Notes: a model not told the origin generated them from the sequence alone. 64,000 nt of DNA from an uncultured Dehalococcoidales bacterium (GCA_964354655.1 CAYHAL010000004.1:2841-66840), one strand, 5' to 3'; positions 1 to 9,592 are shown, counted from the first letter of the stretch. Numbers and translations are program-made.

Positions 1-762
1 CAGTCATCCAATGTCTTCCGAATGAAACTACTAGATGCTGAGGTGCGCCCCGTATCCTCAGGCAGCCGCACGCTAAAGGACGCCATCAACGAAGCTATTC
101 GGGATTGGGTAACCAACGTCCACAATACCTATTACCTTCTTGGCTCAGTAGTTGGTCCCCACCCCTATCCCATGATTGTCCGCGACTTTCAATCAATAAT
201 CGGACAGGAAACGAAAGCACAGGTCATGACCATGTATCACCGCCTGCCTGACTACTTAGTCGCCTGTGTCGGCGGTGGTAGCAATGCCATGGGTCTGTTC
301 CACCCCTTCTTCCACGACAAAAGTGTCAAATTTATCGGTGTTGAAGCCGCCGGTAAAGGGCTGGAGACTAATCTCCACGCCGCCTCGTTACTAGCCGGGA
401 GAACTGGGGTATTACATGGGACGAAGTCATATCTGTTGCAGGACAAGAACGGCCAGATAATGGCAACCCACAGTATTGCCCCCGGATTGGATTACCCCGG
501 AGTAGGACCTGAGCACAGCTACTATAAAGCTATCGGTCGGGCTACTTATGTGGCAGTCACCGATGCCCAAGCCCTGGACGGCTTCAGGCTCCTGTGCGAC
601 ACCGAGGGGATAATTCCAGCGCTAGAGCCTGCCCATGCTATCTATTATGCAGCTAAATTAGCCGCCGATTCGCCTAGAAACCAGCTTATCGTTATCAATC
701 TTTCCGGTCGAGGCGATAAAGACCTAGACATTGTGGCTAAAGCCATAGGAATGGAATTATGA
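1..762 (+). CDS. trpB: tryptophan synthase beta chain (5' end cut by window edge)
   Basis: Frame 1 is open from base 1. Translation reads ..[12 protein letters not shown].., ..[14 protein letters not shown].., ..[12 protein letters not shown].., typical TrpB blocks. The stop overlaps the trpA start (ATGA). Confidence 0.93.
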   Translation, partial: QSSNVFRMKLLDAEVRPVSSGSRTLKDAINEAIRDWVTNVHNTYYLLGSVVGPHPYPMIVRDFQSIIGQETKAQVMTMYHRLPDYLVACVGGGSNAMGLFHPFFHDKSVKFIGVEAAGKGLETNLHAASLLAGRTGVLHGTKSYLLQDKNGQIMATHSIAPGLDYPGVGPEHSYYKAIGRATYVAVTDAQALDGFRLLCDTEGIIPALEPAHAIYYAAKLAADSPRNQLIVINLSGRGDKDLDIVAKAIGMEL

Positions 763-1541
763 GTCGTATTACATCTATTTTTACACCTGGATATAAAGCG
801 CTGATTGCCTATCTCACCGTAGGCTACCCCAGCTTAGAAACAACCTATGAGGTAGCCTCCATCCTAGCCAATAACGGCTGCGATATTATTGAGCTGGGCA
901 TCCCCTTCTCCGACCCTCTAGCTGATGGTGCCACTATCCAGAAGGCAAGCTATCAAGCCCTCCAGCAAGGCATTACCCCGCAAACCTGTTTGGAGGCAGC
1001 CCGAAAGCTACGCCAAAAGATAACTACGCCTCTGGTGTTTATGAGTTATTATAACCCAATACTTAGTTTTGGGCTGGAGGCTTTTTGTGTGGCTTCGGCT
1101 AAAGCCGGCATTGACGGTCTAATAATCCCTGATTTACCCCCAGAAGAAGGGGCTGAGCTAGAAGCAAGCACCAAGAAGCTCAACCTAGACCTCATATATC
1201 TCCTAGCCCCCACCAGCACCGAGGAACGCATCTCCTTGGTAGCCGATAGGTCGCAAGGATTTATCTATTTGGTTTCCCTCACCGGTGTTACTGGAGTCAG
1301 GCAGAGTCTACCACCGGAGCTAGAGGACTTTGTCAACCGAGTTAGGCAGAGGACACGTAAACCGCTCTGCATCGGCTTTGGTGTGGCTAACCCTGAGCAA
1401 GCCAGGCGAGTAGCTAGAATAGCTGACGGGGTCATTGTCGGCAGCCGCCTTATTCAGTTAATTGACGAGGATGCCACCTTCTCTTCCCTACAAACCTTTG
1501 CTCTGAGCCTGCGACAGGCTTTGAATTTGAGGTATAATTAA
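759..1541 (+). CDS. trpA: tryptophan synthase alpha chain
   Basis: 260 aa with the TrpA blocks [13 protein letters not shown] and GFIYLVS..GVTG. It is translationally coupled to trpB by a 4-nt overlap. Confidence 0.92.
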   Translation: MSRITSIFTPGYKALIAYLTVGYPSLETTYEVASILANNGCDIIELGIPFSDPLADGATIQKASYQALQQGITPQTCLEAARKLRQKITTPLVFMSYYNPILSFGLEAFCVASAKAGIDGLIIPDLPPEEGAELEASTKKLNLDLIYLLAPTSTEERISLVADRSQGFIYLVSLTGVTGVRQSLPPELEDFVNRVRQRTRKPLCIGFGVANPEQARRVARIADGVIVGSRLIQLIDEDATFSSLQTFALSLRQALNLRYN

Positions 1542-2230
1542 AAACTAATAAAAGAAGAACCAAATGGAACGAACAACGTACTTTCTTGACCAAAAGGACA
1601 TGCCAACTAATCTGTGAGTGCACAAAGTGTCTAGCCCCTTTGAAACACAGGCCTGCCCACAGGTTGAGCACCCAAGAGTGCTGGGGCTGTAAATGTGCAT
1701 AGTGACGTCCTCTCCGTGTTCCTCGCTCAGACACCTTTAGGGTATCCGTCTTGTACCGGGATACCTAATGTCTCATCTGCTCTCGGGAGTCTCTCCTGAA
1801 AATCCTTACGTCGTGACCTTGTCGCGACTAGTCGAATTGTATCATAGTGAGCAGAACCGCTATAGATTTCGCCCACCGCTAAACAAAACATCGAATTGTT
1901 CATGCTCAAGTGGCGAATACAAGCGTACGAGGGTGAACTTAGCCTCCGGCTTCCGAGCCGCTATTAACACCGCCTAAGAAAACGCTAACCTTGTACAGCT
2001 AAACAGCTTCAGCTTTGGCCTAGCTACAAGCGTTAGCTATAGGGGTTAGCTATGCCCAGGCCAAGGCTCTTTGGCTATACAATGTCCATCTTTTCATTAA
2101 ACGGGCGTCAAGTCAGCCCCTACAAGCTGCGTAACCAAGCTCACTTCGCGCTTTTGTACTTGCCATGGCGATGATAAGGTGATGGGGAACAGTTTATTGG
2201 AACATGTAGCGGTGTGATTCGAACGCCTAG

Positions 2231-2256
2231 TTTGCCGACATTTTGCCGACAAACTG
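2231..2256 (+). repeat. tandem direct repeat tttgccgaca x2, extending into the 14-mer ttgccgacaaactg (possible recombinase arm-type site)
   Basis: tttgccgaca occurs at 2231-2240 and 2242-2251. The 14-mer at 2243-2256 recurs with one mismatch at 51167-51180. Both copies lie exactly 113 nt before the tRNA-Thr breakpoint cores. Confidence 0.5.
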
Positions 2257-2369
2257 TTTAGCATCCGGTGGGACAGGGCGGGACTGCCAGATATAAACCG
2301 GTGTTTGATGCCGTACTAAACGCATCGTTATGCTATTTGGTGATACTAGGTGGGACATCGGGCTCAGAA

Positions 2370-2411
2370 TTCGTAAACCGCTGGGCGTCGGTTCGAATCC
2401 GACCGCTGGCT
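2370..2411 (+). pseudogene. tRNA-Thr(CGU) 3' half: anticodon loop, 3' anticodon stem, variable loop, T arm, 3' acceptor strand
   Basis: Sequence is ttcgtaa-accgc-tgggc-gtcgg-ttcgaat-ccgac-cgctggc-t, with a perfect T arm (GTCGG/CCGAC). There is no matching 5' half nearby. The exact complement partner is at 51294-51330 on the minus strand. Confidence 0.85.
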
Positions 2412-2495
2412 GTATATATCTAGGGTAAAGGACACGCTTGAGTGCCCCAGCATCTCACACTAACTATCTTGGGGTGGATACCGGCCAGATTTTGA

Positions 2496-2921
2496 CTACA
2501 GGCTTTCTCGTGCTCCGGATCGCCAAACCTTGCACACAATCCAGTACTCAAAACTTGATTCTCCGGTGAGTTCCTTGACTTTCTTACGAAAAGCGCGAGC
2601 CCATTTTGGTGATGTAAGCTCGCGATAGGTCTTCCATCTCTCCCTACCCGCAACCTTTCGAGTGCGGTCGGCTATCGCCTCGATTTCCCATTGTGCCCGA
2701 AAGCCCTCCTGCCAGCTCTTACAGCTTATTGCGACAACCCTGCAAGGAGGTGGCACAAGGGGATTAAGTCCGATGACATCAATATCGCTGTAAACACCGT
2801 CCTCCTTGCCTTTCCACTCTGGGTCACTTTCTGAGGGGCGATATTTTATATTAGTCCGAGTGAAATAACCACATAGGTTCAGGTAGTCGGCTGCTATTTG
2901 TTCAAGAATATCTTCTTTCAT
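2496..2921 (-). CDS. hypothetical protein (141 aa; weak resemblance to a PD-(D/E)xK-type nuclease core, D-I-D..S-C-K)
   Basis: Clean ORF in an AT-richer stretch next to the tRNA half. I recognise no family; the nuclease-like idea rests only on SDIDVIG...VAISCK spacing. Confidence 0.55.
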   Translation of the reverse strand: MKEDILEQIAADYLNLCGYFTRTNIKYRPSESDPEWKGKEDGVYSDIDVIGLNPLVPPPCRVVAISCKSWQEGFRAQWEIEAIADRTRKVAGRERWKTYRELTSPKWARAFRKKVKELTGESSFEYWIVCKVWRSGARESL

Positions 2922-3256
2922 AACCTCGATCGATATTATATGATCACACTTTTTCCCCTAGCAAGAGGAGAACCGAAGAGAAAATACGGCATTGAACTTT
3001 ACGTCAACTTGTTACCACTTATGCCACCAAAGGAAATATCGTACAGCATTTATCAATTGACTCCCAATCTGCTTCATGGCAGCCTCTCTTTGAGTGAAGA
3101 TTGTATCGATTTTGCAAATAGAGCCTCCTTAGTGTATAATGCATTCAGTGGTTACAGTTTAGGTTATCGCATACTTAGTTGAATCACTTCAAGGTTAAAC
3201 TTAAGCGTTGGATGACTGGAACTCTAACCAAGTATTAGAAGAGAGGAGGTCATCCA

Positions 3257-3562
3257 ATGAGTTTTCAGGATAAGTCGATCCAATGTTCCGACTGTGGTAC
3301 TACCTTCACTTTCAGTGCTCAGGAGCAAGAGTTTTTCGCATCTAAAGGCTATACTAATGAGCCCAAGCGCTGTCCCTCATGCCGCGAAGCCAGAAAGTCA
3401 ACACGTTATGGCAGTAGTGGCTATAGCCCAAAGCCCCGACGCCAGATGTTCCCCGCAGTGTGCGCTCAGTGTGGTAAAGACACAGAGGTACCGTTTGAGC
3501 CTCGCGAAGGTAGACCGGTGTACTGTAGTGACTGCTACAGTAAGGTCAGAGTGAGCAGATAA
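3257..3562 (+). CDS. zinc-ribbon protein with duplicated CxxC-x17-CxxC modules
   Basis: 101 aa with CSDCG..CPSC and CAQCG..CSDC pairs. A strong SD (gagaggagg) lies 7 nt upstream of the ATG. Confidence 0.8.
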   Translation: MSFQDKSIQCSDCGTTFTFSAQEQEFFASKGYTNEPKRCPSCREARKSTRYGSSGYSPKPRRQMFPAVCAQCGKDTEVPFEPREGRPVYCSDCYSKVRVSR

Positions 3563-3577
3563 CTCTGTTTTGACCCT

Positions 3578-3621
3578 CACGGCATACATGGGCTGGAGTT
3601 ATCTGGTCTATGTATGCCGTG
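3578..3621 (+). other. perfect 12-bp stem hairpin (cacggcatacat / atgtatgccgtg, 20-nt loop) in the leader of the RRM gene
   Basis: Read directly from the sequence. It lies between the zinc-ribbon stop (3562) and the RRM start (3663). No T-run follows, so it is not a classical terminator. Confidence 0.6.
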
Positions 3622-3662
3622 AAAATATGTTAAGGCCACGCAATTTAACGAAAGGGGGCAAT

Positions 3663-3968
3663 ATGAAGATATATGTTGGCAACTTATCTTATGACGTCAC
3701 TGAGGAGGAATTACGCCAAGAATTCAAGGCTTTTGGAGAGGTTGAATCGGTAAATGTCATAACCGACAAGTATAGTGGACGGCCAAAAGGATTTGCGTTT
3801 GTCGAAATGCCCACGGTGTCTGAGGGGCAGGCCGCAATCACGGCTCTCAACGGGAAGACTCTAAAAGACCGGACGCTCACTGTAAATGCAGCACGGCCTC
3901 GCACTGACGACAGAGGTGGCGGGAGAGGCGGCGGATTCGGTGGCAAAGGAAGACAGAGAAGATACTAA
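3663..3968 (+). CDS. glycine/arginine-rich RNA-binding protein (single RRM)
   Basis: RNP-2 IYVGNL and RNP-1 KGFAFVEM, with an RGG tail. The start is moved to M32 of the tracked ORF (SD aaaggggg 5 nt upstream), because the longer ORF would read through the hairpin. Confidence 0.88.
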   Translation: MKIYVGNLSYDVTEEELRQEFKAFGEVESVNVITDKYSGRPKGFAFVEMPTVSEGQAAITALNGKTLKDRTLTVNAARPRTDDRGGGRGGGFGGKGRQRRY

Positions 3969-4207
3969 ACTAGGTTCATCATCCATACTGCTTAATATGT
4001 AGTTAGATTTACCCTAAGAGCCAATTTGAATAAGCAGTAAGCGATTTTTGTGTAACAATCAGCCATGATGTGTGAGGTCAGCAACAGTCAGGCCACTTCA
4101 GCTTAATCCACCTATTGGATTCGTGCGGAGTAACAGGCATAAGAGCTACCTTAATGGCTTTAAGGGTGCGGAGAAGGGCGAGGCACAGCCATGATATGTC
4201 ATCAGGG

Positions 4208-4504
4208 TTAACCCTTAACCCTTGCCGTGAGTTTTACGAGCTCTTCCATAGGGATTGCAGTCCAGGTCTCTGTCTGCGAAGTCCCTCTGGATGTGAATGA
4301 TAATGGCATACCTGCTGCGACTCTCTCGTTGGGCGCCTCATATATGAACATCAGGTCATAACGTCCTAGCAGGCCATAGGCGCTGATAGTCTTGATTCCC
4401 ATTTGCTCGGCTTTCTTTACGCCTTCTTGCCATGTCTTCCCTAGGTCAGAAGCGGTTTTTTGTCCTTCCGATGTCAGTCTGACTAATGTTACGTACGTGG
4501 GCAT
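4208..4504 (-). CDS. GYD-domain protein
   Basis: MPTYVTLVRLTSEG...YGLLGRYDLMFIYEAP matches the GYD family pattern. The start is set at the internal Met with SD aagggggtgaa upstream. Confidence 0.75.
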   Translation of the reverse strand: MPTYVTLVRLTSEGQKTASDLGKTWQEGVKKAEQMGIKTISAYGLLGRYDLMFIYEAPNERVAAGMPLSFTSRGTSQTETWTAIPMEELVKLTARVKG

Positions 4505-4600
4505 CGATTCACCCCCTTTTCGGCTGTGCCTCACCCCGAGTCTTCCCAGTGCTCCTGTTCGCATGCCGCAACTTGACTTTAGGCTTTATTCTTAGCCTTG

Positions 4601-4795
4601 TCAATGGCTTGAAAAAACCGCTGTGAGTTTTACCAAAGCTTTGTAAACCGTTTCAGAAATATCTAAACCAACTAGTCGCGCAACACTATATTCAAGGAGT
4701 TTTTCACCAACCATACCATTACCTGCACCAACATCGAGGATACGTAATTCCGAGAAAATTGCTAAATGAGGAATTGGCTTTTCCGTCGTGTTTAA
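4601..4795 (-). pseudogene. class I SAM-dependent methyltransferase fragment
   Basis: The minus-strand translation ..ELRILDVGAGNGMVGEKLL..LVGLDISE.. carries MTase motif I and post-I. It has no start codon and ends about 65 aa in. Confidence 0.6.
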
Positions 4796-4977
4796 GGCGA
4801 CCCTATTCTAGGCGAATGTTTAGGCCTTAAAGATTCTGACACCAAAGCTGCCTAGCAATTTCAAACAACGTTTTTGGTGTAAAAGAAGTTCGGCGAAACC
4901 GAATTTGCAAGGAGCAATGCGTGGTTTTCTACGTACCGTTAAGTGAAGTCCTATTGTGAAATTGTTATGTTTGCCGC

Positions 4978-5286
4978 TTACCAAGAACGCCGCCCACCAC
5001 CTCCATAATCTCCAGATGGCCTGCCACCACCTCGACCGCCTTCGGGACGAGGACGAGCCTCACTAACGGTAAGCGTCCTTTCTTTTATCTGCTTGCCGTT
5101 AAGACCGCTGATGGCGGCCTGGGCTTCAGCTTTGGTGGGCATCTCCACAAATCCGAATCCCCTAGGGTGGCCAGTATACCTGTCCTTGATGATGGTTACT
5201 GATGTAACCTGCCCGAAAGCATTAAATGCTTCCTGCAATTCCTGCTCTGTGATCTCGGGCGATAGATTGCCAACATAAATATTCAT
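4978..5286 (-). CDS. glycine/arginine-rich RNA-binding protein (single RRM), paralog of 3663-3968
   Basis: MNIYVGNL (RNP-2) and RGFGFVEM (RNP-1), with a GGRGGG tail. The start is at the internal Met, preceded by ggaggaaggag. Confidence 0.88.
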   Translation of the reverse strand: MNIYVGNLSPEITEQELQEAFNAFGQVTSVTIIKDRYTGHPRGFGFVEMPTKAEAQAAISGLNGKQIKERTLTVSEARPRPEGGRGGGRPSGDYGGGGRRSW

Positions 5287-5480
5287 AACTACACTCCTTC
5301 CTCCGTCTAAAGTATACAGGGGAATGGGATGACTTGCAAGCAAGCGTTGCGAGGTCAGTAGTGAGACACCTACATGGCTAGCAGATCTCTGTGCCACAAG
5401 GAATGGACTCTCCGCTAGGACGAGTCAACAATCCGCCCTGTTGTGCATATTGAACAAACTAAGCTTTCGTCTAGTACTTC

Positions 5481-8210
5481 TTACTGAGTAGCTACTGCCA
5501 GCCGTGCGGCACGGCGTGCATCCACTCTACGGATAACCAGTTTTCCTAGCTCTAGAACGCCAAAAATAGTTGCCGAAGCTAGCACCACGATTGTCCAGTC
5601 AATTAAGCCGAGGGGGTAGGTATGGAAGGTCTTCTGGAGGAAGGGAAAATAGAGTAAGGGTAGGGTCATACCAAGCGAAACTAGGACTGCGGCAATTAGC
5701 CACTTGTTCTTCAACATGCCAATCTTGAGTATGGAAAGTCGGTCAGAGCGGAAGTTGAAGCTCTTGAAGAATTGAATAATAATCAGCGTCATAAAGACAA
5801 GGCACTGGGCTTCAATGAGGCTTTTCCCGTTACCTAGCGCCCAGGAGAAAATGCCGAGGTTGACAATTGCACTCCAGATACCCCCAAGAACCATGAGGGC
5901 AACAACTGGGCGGGTGAAGATGGTCTGGTTACGGGGGCGGGGCTTACGCTTCATGATATCCGGTGCTGCCGGGTCAACAGCAAGAGCAATCGCCGGTAAG
6001 CCATCAGTCGCTAAATTTACCCACAGAATCTGGATAGCAATCAGGGGCAGAGCACCGCCAGTGCCTATAAATGTGCCGAAGAGTATAGCTCCAGCCATAA
6101 CCAGTACCTCACCCAGGTTGGAGGAGAGGAGATACATCAGGTATTTCTTGATGTTGTCAAAAACCCCCCTCCCTTCCTCTACGGCGGCGACAATGGAGGC
6201 AAAGTTATCGTCGGTGAGCACCATATCAGCGGCTTCCTTACTGACATCGGTGCCGGTGATACCCATGGCCACGCCGATATCGGCTTTCTTCAGAGCCGGG
6301 GCGTCGTTAACCCCGTCTCCGGTCATCGCCACGACGTGCCCTCTCTTGGTGAGGGCTTCTACCACCCGCAGCTTATGAGCCGGGGAGACACGGGCATAGA
6401 CCTCAATCTCCTCGACAATCTTCTCAAATTGCTCATCACTTAGAGAGTCCAGCTCCGTCCCGGTTAGCGCCCTACCGCCTTTCAGTAGTCCGAGTTCTTT
6501 AGCGACGGCTATGGCGGTGAGCTTGTGGTCGCCGGTAATCATCACCGACTTTATGCCGGCGCCCTCGCAGACCTTGATGGCAGCTTTGGCTTCCTCCCGC
6601 GGTGGGTCAATCATCCCCATCAGTCCCACAAAGACCATTTCTTGGTCGAAGGCTTCACCCGGCTGGGGGATTGGCTTATAGGCCAGCCCTAGAACCCGCA
6701 GCCCATCGCTGGCCATCTCTTGAGCCGTGGCGAGAATCTCCTCGCGCCGGCTGGCGGTTAAATCCTGCTGGCTATCGTTCTCGTAGATGTAGCGGGAGCG
6801 CTCCAGGATTACCTCGGGGGCGCCTTTGGAATAGGCAACATCACCTCTCGGGGTTTTGTGCACTGTGGTCATCATCTTTGCTTCTGAGGAGAAGGGAATT
6901 TCATTAATGCGGGGGTATTCGTTGTTCTCTTTCTCCCGGTCAATGCCTGCCTTGGCGGCGACCACCACGAGCGCCCCCTCGGTTGGGTCGCCCTTTATTT
7001 CCCAGCGGTTATTTGCCGTAACCAGCCGGGCATCATTACACAGGCCACCGATGCGTAAGAGGGTCTCCAGATGGGGGTCCTTACTTACTTCGTAGGGTGC
7101 ACCGTTAAGGAAGAAGCCCCCCTTCGGCTCATAGCCGATACCGCCCACCTCGAAGAACTTACCGTTGGTGTAGATTCTCTGCACTGTCATCTGGTCCTGG
7201 GTCAGGGTGCCGGTCTTATCCGAGCAGATAACGGTAGTGCAGCCCAGGGTTTCCCCCGCAGGCAGCTTTCTAATCAGGGCGTTGCGCTTGACCATGCGCC
7301 GCACAGCAAGGGCCAGGCTGATGACCACTACCGCTGGCAGGGCTTCAGGGACGGCGGCTACCGCCAAGCTCACACCCCAGATGAGCATTCCCAGTACCGG
7401 GTGACCGTGCGATATCCCTATGCCGGCTAATATAAAACAGAGGACTAGCGCACCAATGGCAATCCACTTTCCCATTTTGTCAAGGTTAACCTGGAGTGGG
7501 GTCTTCTCCTCCTTGACCTCCTGAAGCAGGGTGGCAATCTTGCCGAATTCGGTGTTCATGCCGGTGTCAGTGACCACGGCCATGCCCCGACCATAGACTG
7601 CCGCCGTGCCCATATATACCATGTTCTTCCGGTCACCGATGGGCAATTCCTCAGATAACAGGGAGGTTATCTTATGCACCGGGTTCGATTCTCCAGTGAG
7701 CGAGGCTTCGCTCACCTTCAGGTTCATGGCTTCAATCAGACGGCTGTCGGCGGGAATCTGGTCACCGGTATGGAGCACCACGATATCTCCAGGCACGAGC
7801 GCCTGGGCTTCCACCTCCACCTCTTCGCCGTCCCTGATGACGGTCGCTCTGGGCGCTGCCATTCGTTTCAGGGCTTCCATTGCCCTTTCGGCGCGATACT
7901 CCTGGATAAAGCCTAGTCCAGCAGCAAAAAAGACAATTGCCAGGATGGTAACGGCATCAGCCACCTCACCCAGGACTGCCGAGAGAATTACGGCTACAAG
8001 CAGAATAATGATGAGGAAGTTCTTGAACTGCTCTAAGAAAATGGCCCAGGGCTTGACCTTGTGCTTCTCGACAAGCTCATTAGGGCCAAATCTGATTAGG
8101 CGACGTTTAGCTTCTTCACTACTCAGACCGCCGCGGGCTGAGTCTAAGGAGTTAAGCACCTTATCAACTTCCAGATTATGCCAGAGCGATATTTTTTGAT
8201 TCTGTGTCAT
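5481..8210 (-). CDS. cation-transporting P-type ATPase (type II, Ca2+/Mg2+-like)
   Basis: 909 aa with DKTGTLT, TGES, MITGDH and [11 protein letters not shown] motifs and about 10 predicted TM segments. Confidence 0.92.
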   Translation of the reverse strand: MTQNQKISLWHNLEVDKVLNSLDSARGGLSSEEAKRRLIRFGPNELVEKHKVKPWAIFLEQFKNFLIIILLVAVILSAVLGEVADAVTILAIVFFAAGLGFIQEYRAERAMEALKRMAAPRATVIRDGEEVEVEAQALVPGDIVVLHTGDQIPADSRLIEAMNLKVSEASLTGESNPVHKITSLLSEELPIGDRKNMVYMGTAAVYGRGMAVVTDTGMNTEFGKIATLLQEVKEEKTPLQVNLDKMGKWIAIGALVLCFILAGIGISHGHPVLGMLIWGVSLAVAAVPEALPAVVVISLALAVRRMVKRNALIRKLPAGETLGCTTVICSDKTGTLTQDQMTVQRIYTNGKFFEVGGIGYEPKGGFFLNGAPYEVSKDPHLETLLRIGGLCNDARLVTANNRWEIKGDPTEGALVVVAAKAGIDREKENNEYPRINEIPFSSEAKMMTTVHKTPRGDVAYSKGAPEVILERSRYIYENDSQQDLTASRREEILATAQEMASDGLRVLGLAYKPIPQPGEAFDQEMVFVGLMGMIDPPREEAKAAIKVCEGAGIKSVMITGDHKLTAIAVAKELGLLKGGRALTGTELDSLSDEQFEKIVEEIEVYARVSPAHKLRVVEALTKRGHVVAMTGDGVNDAPALKKADIGVAMGITGTDVSKEAADMVLTDDNFASIVAAVEEGRGVFDNIKKYLMYLLSSNLGEVLVMAGAILFGTFIGTGGALPLIAIQILWVNLATDGLPAIALAVDPAAPDIMKRKPRPRNQTIFTRPVVALMVLGGIWSAIVNLGIFSWALGNGKSLIEAQCLVFMTLIIIQFFKSFNFRSDRLSILKIGMLKNKWLIAAVLVSLGMTLPLLYFPFLQKTFHTYPLGLIDWTIVVLASATIFGVLELGKLVIRRVDARRAARLAVATQ

Positions 8211-8262
8211 ATCAGTCTTCGTGATTACTAAGTTGGGTAACTATCATTTAATCTCACCACTA

Positions 8263-9414
8263 CTATGAAGCTGGGCCAATGCCCATACCGGACATAATGG
8301 CTAGCATGACCGCGGCAGCCATGACCGAACCTATCTGACCACCGGTATTAGCCCCCATGGCATGCCATAAGAGGAAGTTCCTCGGGTTAGCCTTCTGCCC
8401 CTCTTTCTGCACCACTCTGGCTGCCATGGGGAAGGCGGAGAGACCAGCAGCGCCAAGCAGGGGATTTATCTTACCCTTGGTTACCACTCGCATTGCCTTA
8501 CCAATGAGCACCCCGGTTACAGTGTCAAGGGCAATCGCCACCAGCCCCAAGCCAAAGACGAGCAGTGTTTTGACCTGCAGGAAGTTACCACCCAGCATCG
8601 CAGCGCCGATGCAAAGCCCGAGGAAAAGGGTCACGATATTGGCAATGGTGGTTTCGGAGACATCCGCGAGTCTCTTCACCACCCCTGACTCCCTGAGGAG
8701 GTTACCCAGCATTAGCATACCCATCAGCGGTGCACCCATCGGGGCGATGAGTATGGTGATGATTCCCGTCACTATCGGAAAGAGGATTTTCACTCTCTGG
8801 GAGACCTGCTTCTCCGAGGCAGCCATTAGGGTGGCGCGCTCAGCTTTCGTGGTTAAGGCCCGCATAATCGGCGGCTGGATAAGCGGCACCAGGGACATAT
8901 AGGAATAGGCGGCAATAGAGACCGCCGGCAGGAGATGACGGGCAAATTTGGAGGTGACATAGATGGCGGTGGGGCCATCACAAGCCCCGATAATGGCGAT
9001 AGAAACCGCCTCTTGGCGGATAAAACCAAGCTGCAGGGCGAGGAGCAGGGTGAGAAAGATGCCGAACTGACCGGCAGCGCCGAAGAGAAGCACCCTCGGG
9101 TTAGCCAGCATGGGGCTGAAGTCAATCATGGCGCCGAGGCCAAGAAACAGGAGGCAGGGAAAGATCTCGGTGAGGATACCCGCATTATAGATTAAATTAA
9201 TTATGCCGCCTTGGTCGTGTGCCGAAAGACTGGACAGGGGGAGGTTACCCAGGATGATGCCGAAGCCAATGGGGAGCAGTAGAAGCGGCTCAAATTTCTT
9301 GGTGATGCCCAGATAAAGAAAGACACAGCCAATAGTGAGCATCACGCCGCTCTGCCAGGTGAAATTAGTAAAACCCTGTAGTAGGCTGTGAAGGGCGGAT
9401 ATTAAGACTTCCAT
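8263..9414 (-). CDS. sodium ion-translocating decarboxylase, beta subunit (OadB/MmdB/GcdB family)
   Basis: 383-aa polytopic membrane protein with the family block IIGACDGPTAIY and typical N-terminal TM organisation. Confidence 0.85.
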   Translation of the reverse strand: MEVLISALHSLLQGFTNFTWQSGVMLTIGCVFLYLGITKKFEPLLLLPIGFGIILGNLPLSSLSAHDQGGIINLIYNAGILTEIFPCLLFLGLGAMIDFSPMLANPRVLLFGAAGQFGIFLTLLLALQLGFIRQEAVSIAIIGACDGPTAIYVTSKFARHLLPAVSIAAYSYMSLVPLIQPPIMRALTTKAERATLMAASEKQVSQRVKILFPIVTGIITILIAPMGAPLMGMLMLGNLLRESGVVKRLADVSETTIANIVTLFLGLCIGAAMLGGNFLQVKTLLVFGLGLVAIALDTVTGVLIGKAMRVVTKGKINPLLGAAGLSAFPMAARVVQKEGQKANPRNFLLWHAMGANTGGQIGSVMAAAVMLAIMSGMGIGPAS

Positions 9415-9431
9415 TAGAAAGCTCTTACGCT

Positions 9432-9463
9432 AATAAGTAGGCTACTGTGCTAGCCTACTTATT
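9432..9463. other. perfect 13-bp hairpin (aataagtaggcta / tagcctacttatt) between the gamma-like and beta subunit genes
   Basis: Read directly. It overlaps the stop codon of the small upstream ORF and lies 18 nt upstream of the oadB-like start. Confidence 0.6.
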
Positions 9464-9592
9464 GTCCTTCTCTTTCTTGAACGGGAATAATCTGATTAAA
9501 AGACGAATCACCAGGGTCAGCACAAAAAGCGTAGTAATCGTGACTGCCATCCCCATACCGGTCATGGTCAGGCCAAAGGCTAAGTCTCTCAA
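9455..9592 (-). CDS. small membrane protein, OadG-like decarboxylase gamma subunit candidate (45 aa; not in ORF track)
   Basis: Minus strand reads TTG-RDLAFGLTMTGMGMAVTITTLFVLTLVIRLLIRLFPFKKEKDNK, with SD gagga 5 nt upstream. It has one TM helix and the GMG..V..F..L pattern of OadG-type subunits. It sits directly upstream of the beta subunit. An ATG at 9565 is an alternative start. Confidence 0.55.
   Translation of the reverse strand: MRDLAFGLTMTGMGMAVTITTLFVLTLVIRLLIRLFPFKKEKDNK

Noticed and set aside
1545-2411. Possibility that the T-arm-containing region is a tmRNA (ssrA) or that the 0.8-kb gap holds RNase P RNA.
   Set aside because: There is no GGGG..-type tmRNA 5' end able to pair with cgctggc, and no tag reading frame ending in ..LAA. 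RNase P signatures (GGAAAGTCCGG, ACAGAACCCGGCTTA) are absent on both strands. The T arm is fully explained as the 3' half of tRNA-Thr.
5815-8199. Several long plus-strand ORFs (5815-6378, 7071-7430, 7606-8199 and others) inside the P-type ATPase gene. The same kind of antisense ORFs occur inside oadB (8357-8902), the crotonase and hbd genes (38491-39024, 39382-39969), the AOR gene, ligA (59805-60227) and many others.
   Set aside because: They lie antisense to genes with unmistakable family motifs. They have low-complexity Ala/Arg/Ser/Pro-rich translations typical of GC-biased antisense frames, no SD sequences and no recognisable domains.
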